Assembly: GCA_963821215.1 (NCBI GenBank)
Contig: CAWGDH010000019.1
Span: forward strand, 130,858-194,857
DNA from: an uncultured Acidobacteriaceae bacterium
GTDB taxonomy: Bacteria > Acidobacteriota > Terriglobia > Terriglobales > Acidobacteriaceae
DNA: 64,000 bases
Reading direction: 5' to 3'
The translations under genes and the position numbers were made by a program. Below are positions 36,095 to 42,808 of the stretch, piece by piece. Under the pieces are notes generated by a model. It was given only the letters and a program-made list of their open reading frames with translations. It was not told the DNA's origin and searched no databases. Each line of letters starts with the position of its first letter. Within the stretch, counting starts at the first letter, position 1.

Positions 36095-36937
36095 CTAGTT
36101 TTCGGTGGGGGTCTCATCAATGTGATCGATGACCAGGACCGGGTAAGAACGTTTGGTCTTTTCCAGTTTGAGACCTAGCTGCCTGTTGACGGCGTCGAAG
36201 ACGGAAAGGGCGCCATTGGGGTCGGAGCTGTTGGCGGCATCTCCGGCGGTGGGAAGCATCTTATCGGCGGAGCTGAAGCTGAGCGTGAAATCATAGGAGC
36301 CCTTCAGACCTGTGCCGTCTATCACCGTGTTGTAGATATAACCGTTGGCTACGTGCTGGAGCTCGTCGCCGATCTGGGCGATGGTCATGTTCTGGCAGGA
36401 GAGGAGCCGGTTGAGGACGGGGTTGGCGGTGCGGGGATCTTTGCCGTCCGGACCCGGGCCTTCCTTGCATTTGGTGCGTTCGGTGGGGTCGGTCGTGGGC
36501 TTAAGTTTGGGGTTGGCCGCTACTAGAGTGTAAGCGGTGACGGGGCGGTCCTCCATATGCCACTTCATCTGAAAACGCTCGGTGATCATGGCCCGCATCA
36601 TGCTGCGGAGGTCTTCGTAGTTGATGAGGCGGGCGGAGGAAAACCTGTCCACCCGAACATTGGCTCCAGCCTTGGCGGTGATGTCGAACTTGCTGTCATC
36701 GAGCCATTTGGGCGCGTTGGCGATCCCTTCCTTATTGTTGGGGTTGATGTCCCAGGCGAAGTTAATGAGGAACCTGAGGGGAATGGCGCGGGTCTCGACC
36801 TGGTCACCGGTGATGCGCCCGTAGCCCTTCTCACCAGGGGCGCTGGGCTTGATGACGGTGACCTCGAACGAAGCCGGAGGCGGCTCGGGAAGGGCTTGGC
36901 CGATGTTGGCGACGTTGGGGGTCGGGAGTTTCGTCAA
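36095..36937 (-). CDS. TIGR03435-type domain ORF lacking a signal peptide (possible second domain of a fused protein)
   Basis: The family-like N-terminus FEVTVIKPS and C-terminus LSVFDAVNRQLGLKLEKTKRSYPVLVIDHIDETPTEN are both present. The only possible start is a TTG with an AGGTGG SD. It overlaps the upstream ORF by 107 nt. Confidence 0.65.
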   Translation of the reverse strand: MTKLPTPNVANIGQALPEPPPASFEVTVIKPSAPGEKGYGRITGDQVETRAIPLRFLINFAWDINPNNKEGIANAPKWLDDSKFDITAKAGANVRVDRFSSARLINYEDLRSMMRAMITERFQMKWHMEDRPVTAYTLVAANPKLKPTTDPTERTKCKEGPGPDGKDPRTANPVLNRLLSCQNMTIAQIGDELQHVANGYIYNTVIDGTGLKGSYDFTLSFSSADKMLPTAGDAANSSDPNGALSVFDAVNRQLGLKLEKTKRSYPVLVIDHIDETPTEN

Positions 36938-37694
36938 CGCTCGCCACCTGGAAGACGGGGCGGGGAGCGGTTTTGAGTTCGAGCTTGAGTCCTAGTTGCT
37001 TTTCTACGGCGGCGAAGATGGAGATGCCATCGGCACCCTGCTTTTCAAGCAGGTTGCGAGGGGTCCATTTGATGGTGAAGTCCCAGGCGCCTGCAAGGTT
37101 GGTTTCGTCGACAACCGGTTGATCGAGATATCCTCTAGCGAAGTTGTGGAGAGTGTCGGCGAGTGCGGGCATGGTGAGATGCTTGCAGCTGGCGCTGATG
37201 TAGAGCGGTGCGCCGGGAGGATTGTTTGCTGGCGGAGGAAGAGGGATGCAGGAGCTATCGCCCGAACCTTCCGACTCGGTCATCTTCGGCTTTCCGGAGG
37301 CGGCAGAGAGGATGTAGGTTGGCATAGGAGCGGTAGCAGTTTTGACAACGAGGTGAAAGCGGTCGGCGAGGAGAGCGCGAAGCATGAGCTTGACGTCCTC
37401 CGGTGTGGTATTGGGCGGCACTTTCGCGCGGATGTCGTAGTGATCGCGCTCGAGCCACGTGGGACCTCCGTGCACATTGGCTACATCGACGCCGTAGGCG
37501 GTGGCGATGAGTTCGGCCATGGTGGCCTGGGTAAGGAAATATCGGTCGCCCTGGATGGAGTTGCCGTGCATAAAGGGATTGGACGTGAATGGGCTGGTGT
37601 GGACGTCGGCGATGATGAAGGACTTGGGGGCGCTCGTGGTCTGAGCCTGCGACGAGATGGAGAGAATCGCGAAAAGAACGAGAACCGTTCGCAT
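36831..37694 (-). CDS. TIGR03435-family secreted protein (the last ~30 codons look out of frame)
   Basis: Signal peptide MRTVLVLFAILSISSQAQ. Family-like ...AAVEKQLGLKLELKTAPRPVFQVASVDETP, then an Arg/Pro-rich tail. Confidence 0.7.
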   Translation of the reverse strand: MRTVLVLFAILSISSQAQTTSAPKSFIIADVHTSPFTSNPFMHGNSIQGDRYFLTQATMAELIATAYGVDVANVHGGPTWLERDHYDIRAKVPPNTTPEDVKLMLRALLADRFHLVVKTATAPMPTYILSAASGKPKMTESEGSGDSSCIPLPPPANNPPGAPLYISASCKHLTMPALADTLHNFARGYLDQPVVDETNLAGAWDFTIKWTPRNLLEKQGADGISIFAAVEKQLGLKLELKTAPRPVFQVASVDETPDPQRRQHRPSPSRAASGFVRGHRHQAQRPW

Positions 37695-37982
37695 CCGGTA
37701 GCCTCAGGGTGGGGCGGATCGCGTGCTGAATGGTACTTAGGTTAACGCGAAAATGAGGGTGGCGCCAGACGGAGCCTTTGGGAAAGCATCAGTCGCTTGT
37801 CTGTAATTTTCGTTCCTCGGCTACTCCGAAATCATCCCAATCGTTCTGAGCCATGTTTCTACCAACTCAGGCCGTCCCGAGACCCCCGAAACCCAAGCTA
37901 TCTTCTCCTTCGATTCCTTCTAACCCTCAGCTGGGCGACTCTTGGTAGTCCGGGGTAATTTCGTCCCGAAACACTCGGACGG

Positions 37983-39614
37983 CTACTCTGCCGGAAGTAC
38001 CCGTATAATCGCCATCATTCCGGAGTCCTCATGACCGAGGATGTGGCAGTGGTAAACGAAATCCCCAACTACCGGCCCGCGGAAGTCCAAACGAAGCTTT
38101 ACGCTCGGATAGGGACCGGTTCCGCTCCAGTACGGAACCTGCACTGTATCTAAGTACTGTCCCTTATCCACCGACCTGCCATTTTCTTCCAGAACCAGGA
38201 AATGGATCTGGTGAATATGGAACTCGTGGTTTTCAAGAGAGCGGTTTTCTATCGTCCAGTCTTCCACGGCGCCTTGCCTGGTTACGATCGCCGGAGGATT
38301 GGACGGATCGAAGAGAACGGGTGTCTGTCCATCGACCGTAATGTAGAAGTTGGTGGGACTATTGGGATTACTCGGATCGCTTAGAACCTCAGAGAAATAG
38401 AGCTTGCGCCGGGTCGTCGGCACCGTATTGGCAAGCCCAAAGAAGCGCTCGGTAGGTGGGAGCGAGGAAGTGTTCGGGATCCGCAGCGACGGTTCGGCCG
38501 CGCCGTTGCTCGCCTTGATCGCCAGGATCGGGCGTGTCGGATCGTTGTCGCCGTCGGGCCCGGTGTCGATATTCCGCGTATACAAAACCGCGGTTTTGAC
38601 CTTCAAGGATGGGCCGCAGATGATGAACTCAGCGCGCGAGGCCGGCGGGAGCAGAATGTGCTTCGTGACCACGGCGACGCCCTGACGCAACCCGTCCTGG
38701 GATCCGGTGGGTACTCCGTCAAGCGCTATTACAGTAAGCGGCTGGGCCACATGGTCGTACTGCAGCTGTAAATCGACGATCGTATCCGCCGACGCGTTCA
38801 ACACCCGCCAGAACTCTTTCTGCCCTGGCTTCATGGGTACGATTGCCGGGGTAAAGCTCGGGTAAGGAACTGGAATGTAATTTAACGAAATATCCCAGGA
38901 GGGGATCGCGCCGCCCGGGGTCGGATTCCCCGGGACCAGGTTGTCGCGAATGATGAGGGTGCGTGCAGGAAGGCCGGCCACCTCCGGGTTTACGTTCTCG
39001 ATCCCGTCGACGACGATGGCGCCGGAACCACCGCCCAGCACTGCCGGCTCTGAGATGCCGTGGATATGAGGGTGATACCAGTAAAGCCCGGGCGGTTCAT
39101 CGTTTGGAAAGTGGACGTCGTAGTCGTAGCTGTCTCCGGAGTTCACCACGGTCGTGATCACCTCGTCCTGATGGCAGGCGGGTGGTACGTTTGTGCCGTG
39201 ATAGTGGATATTCACGGATGAGCTGTTCATTGGCTTGGAAGAGCAGTCGCTGGAGTGCCACTGAGTGACTGCCATGCCTGGCATCGCTGCGGTGGCGCTG
39301 GATGGCGGGAGCTCATTCTTCAGGTGAATGATGAGCTGATCGCCTGGATGGACATGCAGAGTGGGCGACTCCACTCCGTCTTCTGTGCTGAAGCAGTAGA
39401 GCGTATTGCCAAACTGATCGACGCGCGTCTGGTAGGTCAAGGTGACCTGCAGCTTGCCGCCCGCACTGTAAAGATTCTTAGGCTCACTGACTGTGCTGCC
39501 CGCTTGATAGCGAGGGCACGGAGCATTCTGGCCCAATGCGCAAAGCTGAAACAGGGAAAGCGCCAAGACGGCAAGAAGAAGCCCGCGGCAAATTACAAGC
39601 GAACGGATGGTCAT
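37983..39614 (-). CDS. Multicopper oxidase (laccase/CotA/CueO-like), secreted
   Basis: Copper-ligand motifs NIHYHG, WYHPHIHG, and HCHILGHEDSGMM near the C-terminus. N-terminal signal peptide. Confidence 0.85.
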   Translation of the reverse strand: MTIRSLVICRGLLLAVLALSLFQLCALGQNAPCPRYQAGSTVSEPKNLYSAGGKLQVTLTYQTRVDQFGNTLYCFSTEDGVESPTLHVHPGDQLIIHLKNELPPSSATAAMPGMAVTQWHSSDCSSKPMNSSSVNIHYHGTNVPPACHQDEVITTVVNSGDSYDYDVHFPNDEPPGLYWYHPHIHGISEPAVLGGGSGAIVVDGIENVNPEVAGLPARTLIIRDNLVPGNPTPGGAIPSWDISLNYIPVPYPSFTPAIVPMKPGQKEFWRVLNASADTIVDLQLQYDHVAQPLTVIALDGVPTGSQDGLRQGVAVVTKHILLPPASRAEFIICGPSLKVKTAVLYTRNIDTGPDGDNDPTRPILAIKASNGAAEPSLRIPNTSSLPPTERFFGLANTVPTTRRKLYFSEVLSDPSNPNSPTNFYITVDGQTPVLFDPSNPPAIVTRQGAVEDWTIENRSLENHEFHIHQIHFLVLEENGRSVDKGQYLDTVQVPYWSGTGPYPSVKLRLDFRGPVVGDFVYHCHILGHEDSGMMAIIRVLPAE

Positions 39615-39712
39615 TGTTTATTTCCTTGCTATCGAGATTCGGGGAGGGGCAGATCAAGCAAATCAATGGGGAGTGTAACGGCCCACAAGTCTAAGCGGTC
39701 ACCTGCTTTAGG

Positions 39713-39787
39713 TGGAGGCGCGGGATGGAATTGAACCATCAAATAAGGCTTTGCAGACCCTTCCCTTTTCGTTTTGGGTTCCGCGCC
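39713..39787 (-). tRNA. tRNA-Cys (anticodon GCA), CCA-encoded, with a non-canonical D-arm
   Basis: Hand-folded cloverleaf. Acceptor GGCGCGG/CCGCGCC, discriminator U73 + CCA, anticodon loop CUGCAAA, T-arm GAUGG-UUCAAUU-CCAUC. D-arm is CCC(A)-AAACGAAA-(A)GGG, with A8 and no G19. Confidence 0.7.
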
Positions 39788-40399
39788 GTCTTTCACAACG
39801 TCGATATCGTGTCACTTACAAGCAGAGCGTTACAGAGAGCCCTGTTCAAAACGTACACTCGTTATTTACGAGCCGCGATCCTCATCGTCCCACTTCATCA
39901 GTACCCTCCCCCAGAGAATTGACAAAAAGGGTCCGGCAGAAGATCGCGACCTGCAAAGGATGGTAATTGACCCGCCTCATATTCTGCCAGCAACCTCGGT
40001 AATATCAGGGGTTCAAAACGGTACCCAAAAGGTAACCGTAATTGATCTTAATGTGTTAAGAGACGAGTCGCGAATCGGATAGAAGCTGATAGCGGTTGAA
40101 TTGCCGGCTTCTGCGTCGTCTCCTGGGACAAAAAAAAGACTGAACAGAATGGCCCGCATAGGAATAGTCAAACGCAGGAGAGCGGGGCTCCCATGGCTAA
40201 CTACCTTTTGACCGTCGACCTCGGAGACGCCACGGATTCCATCCAGTACCAAGCTCTGGCTCGTTGATGCACGACTTCGGCAAAAGCAGGCCTGTCCTGG
40301 TTTTCTTGGTTGCGTTGCAGAAAGGTGGCGGCCGCGAAAGCTAGCAAGGATACACGACAGGGTGAGTTAGGATTCAGCGGGTAGCAAATCGCCAGGGTA

Positions 40400-40447
40400 C
40401 CTTTCGTCTGTTCACTGATTTTCCCTTTCGTCTGTTCACTGATTTTC
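40400..40447. repeat. Perfect tandem duplication of a 24-mer (CCTTTCGTCTGTTCACTGATTTTC x2)
   Basis: Read directly from the sequence. It lies in the ~800-bp non-coding stretch between tRNA-Cys and the GT39 gene. Confidence 0.9.
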
Positions 40448-40587
40448 AGAAAGGTCGAATATCAGTGTTTCTGTGATGTGCGGAGCGAACGTGTTGAACG
40501 AGAAATCTGGGTGCGTACGAACGCACAGGATGAGTTCCAACGCGACGCATAACGACCTGGATTCGCGGGCGAAGGGCTGAGGATCGC

Positions 40588-42180
40588 TCAGTAGTAATGG
40601 CGCTCGTCGGCCCAGTTGAAGGGCGCGGAGGGGCGTCTGCCGCGAAGCAGGTAGATGTTGCCGTGCTCGAAAGGCATGGCGTAGGGTGTGTCGCGCACGC
40701 CGACGATGGTGACGGACTCGTATTTCTTCGAGACATCGTCCGGAGAGTCATCAATGACAGCGATCACAAGGTCGGGATCGCAGCCATGCATGCCCCAGAG
40801 CCAGTAGTTGTTGTGTGCGCTGAGGGCAGGTGGAAGGTGGAGCTGATCGCGGCGGTTGAAGAAGTCGATGGCGCCGGCCTCGCCGTAGTTGCCGGCGAAG
40901 ATGCAGACGCGGCGCTGGTCTGCAGGTGAAAGGGAGTTAAAGGCGCGAGCGACGATTGCCACCTGTTGCTGCCAGCCGAAGCGGTCGGCGTAGAACTGCG
41001 GGAGCTCACCGCTGGCGGCGGTTTCGGTCTTGCTGCTCTTCAGGTGCAGCGCGGTGGTGTAACGGACCCAGGCGGCGGGGCGAAGTATGGGAGAGGACAT
41101 CGGAAGGACGAGAAGGCCGGTGAGGATGAGCGCGCATTCAAAGATGGGGAAGGCGAAGACGCGGTTTGCGGCGACGAGGGGCTTTACAGGGACGCGGCGC
41201 TCCCAGGCGATGGCCCCGGCGGCGAAGAGCACTGGATAGATGGGGGCGAGATAGTAGTCCTTGGCGTGCAGGACGAACATGAGCATGTAGAAGATGAGGA
41301 AGGTCAAGCCGATCCAGCGGCCGTGGGGGATAGAGCGTGCGCGCAGAAGAGAGATGACGCCGGTGATCCAGAGCAGAGCGTTGGTGGGGTGCATCTGCGA
41401 GAGTTGGGCGAGGAAGAAGCCCACAGGGCCGAGGATGACGTTCTTGTTTCCGACCTTGCCGTTGTGAAAGAACTCGAGAGTGGGCCAGTGGTTGTGAATC
41501 TGCCAGAAACCGTAGGGCAGGGCGATGACGATGATTAATGCGATTCCGACTGCGGCCCAGCGAGTGAAGAGGATGCGGCGTTGCTGCGTGAGGAGCAGGC
41601 CGATGCCGGCGGCGATGAGAAAGAAGAGCATCGAGGGTTTGTTGAGCAGGCCGATGCCGGCGGAGAGGCTGAAGATGCTCCACCAGAATGGCTGCGGAGC
41701 GCCGTCGATGAGACGAATGAGCGCGAGCGCGCAGAGCATCCAGAAGACGGGCTCGAAGGAGTTCATGGAGAGAAAGCCGTCGAGGGCGATGTAGACAGGA
41801 ACAACGAGGACGCCGAGCATCGCTAGCGCCTGTGCGGGGCGGCGGCCGCCGAGGGCCCAGGCGAGCAGGCCGGTGAGGAAAACGGTGGCGGCCCCGGCGA
41901 GTGCGGAGAGAATGCGGATGGCGAATAGAGAGTCGCCGAAGAGGAGCTCGCCGAGGCGTGCTTGCAGGGCGACGATGGGGCCGTGATCGACGAAGCCCCA
42001 TGCGAGATGACGGCCGCAGGCGATGTAGTAGAACTCGTCGCGGAAGTAGCTGTAGCCGATGTGTTGGGTCCAGAGTGTCAGAGTGAACTGCAGGAGGAGC
42101 TTGATGGCGGCGAAGAGGAGGGCGAGCCGCAGGGCCACACGCAGGGAAGGGTTAGATCGGCGGACGGCGGTTGAGCTCAT
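40588..42180 (-). CDS. Glycosyltransferase family 39 (ArnT/PMT-like) polytopic membrane protein
   Basis: ATG at 42180. YFRDEFYYIACGRHLAWGFVDHGP near the N-terminus is typical of PMT_2/GT39. It has about 11 TM segments and a soluble C-terminal domain. Confidence 0.75.
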   Translation of the reverse strand: MSSTAVRRSNPSLRVALRLALLFAAIKLLLQFTLTLWTQHIGYSYFRDEFYYIACGRHLAWGFVDHGPIVALQARLGELLFGDSLFAIRILSALAGAATVFLTGLLAWALGGRRPAQALAMLGVLVVPVYIALDGFLSMNSFEPVFWMLCALALIRLIDGAPQPFWWSIFSLSAGIGLLNKPSMLFFLIAAGIGLLLTQQRRILFTRWAAVGIALIIVIALPYGFWQIHNHWPTLEFFHNGKVGNKNVILGPVGFFLAQLSQMHPTNALLWITGVISLLRARSIPHGRWIGLTFLIFYMLMFVLHAKDYYLAPIYPVLFAAGAIAWERRVPVKPLVAANRVFAFPIFECALILTGLLVLPMSSPILRPAAWVRYTTALHLKSSKTETAASGELPQFYADRFGWQQQVAIVARAFNSLSPADQRRVCIFAGNYGEAGAIDFFNRRDQLHLPPALSAHNNYWLWGMHGCDPDLVIAVIDDSPDDVSKKYESVTIVGVRDTPYAMPFEHGNIYLLRGRRPSAPFNWADERHYY

Positions 42181-42466
42181 AAGGGTCAAAGAAAATGTAC
42201 CAAACCTAACACAGCGGTTGCCACGCAAGGCCTTTTCCCCGATTTCGACCACGGGGATCAGGGTTAGAGATCACACTCAATGGTCAAACGGACGACCGCA
42301 AGAGATACATAACTTGTGAGACAGCTCTCGCGCTTGACAGCCGGCGCCGGGCCATGATCATCAACGGTGTTCGCTGACAGATGGCGCCTCATCGGACCAC
42401 AGCGGTAAGGCCTCATCCTTCGACCTATTGTTGTGGTATCTTGAGCGGTAGAAGGTTGAGGTATTG

Positions 42467-42808
42467 ATGCCATCTTCTCGATTTCCTATTCCTCAAGGCA
42501 CGCTCGACATGCTGATTCTCCAAATCCTCTCTTTGGAGCCGGCGCACGGGTACGGGATTGCCCAGCGGCTCGAACAGATCTCGAAATCCGTTGTCCAGGT
42601 GAATCAGGGATCTCTGTATCCTGCGCTCCACAGGCTGGAACAGAAAGGCTGGTTGAAAGCCGATTGGAAGCAATCGGAAACTGGACGCGAAGCCAAGTTC
42701 TATTCATTGACACGCTCCGGGCAAAAGCAGCTCCGCTCTGAGAAAGACAGCTGGGCTCGTCTGACGGGCGCGGTGCAACTGATTTTTGACGAGGGAGCAG
42801 CGCAATGA
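42467..42808 (+). CDS. PadR-family transcriptional regulator
   Basis: GTLDMLILQILSLEPAHGYGIAQRLEQ...QGSLYPALHRLEQKGWL is the canonical PadR wHTH. Confidence 0.85.
   Translation: MPSSRFPIPQGTLDMLILQILSLEPAHGYGIAQRLEQISKSVVQVNQGSLYPALHRLEQKGWLKADWKQSETGREAKFYSLTRSGQKQLRSEKDSWARLTGAVQLIFDEGAAQ

Larger units (their letters stand above)
34427..36227. repeat. Segmental duplication, copy B (full-length version containing intact vapBC)
   Basis: Near identical to 24808-26050, except for the 556 bp at 34773-35328 and a few small indels. Confidence 0.9.

Noticed and set aside
35470-36095. Possible ncRNA or hidden gene in the ~620-bp non-coding part conserved between the two duplication copies
   Set aside because: The conservation is explained by the recent duplication itself. 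All frames have frequent stops. Apart from one 8-bp-stem hairpin (35994-36023) I saw no convincing structure or known RNA motif. It remains unresolved rather than supported.
24700-39787. Classical tRNA-Cys-integrated genomic island
   Set aside because: There is no integrase next to the tRNA. I could find no direct repeat of the tRNA 3' end anywhere in the window. The island-like segment is instead bounded by its own 1.2/1.8-kb duplication.
41138-42001. 287-aa Arg/Pro-rich ORF inside the GT39 gene, plus several plus-strand ORFs (40597-42319)
   Set aside because: These are frame-shifted or antisense readings of a hydrophobic membrane-protein gene. Their composition is typical of spurious high-GC ORFs.
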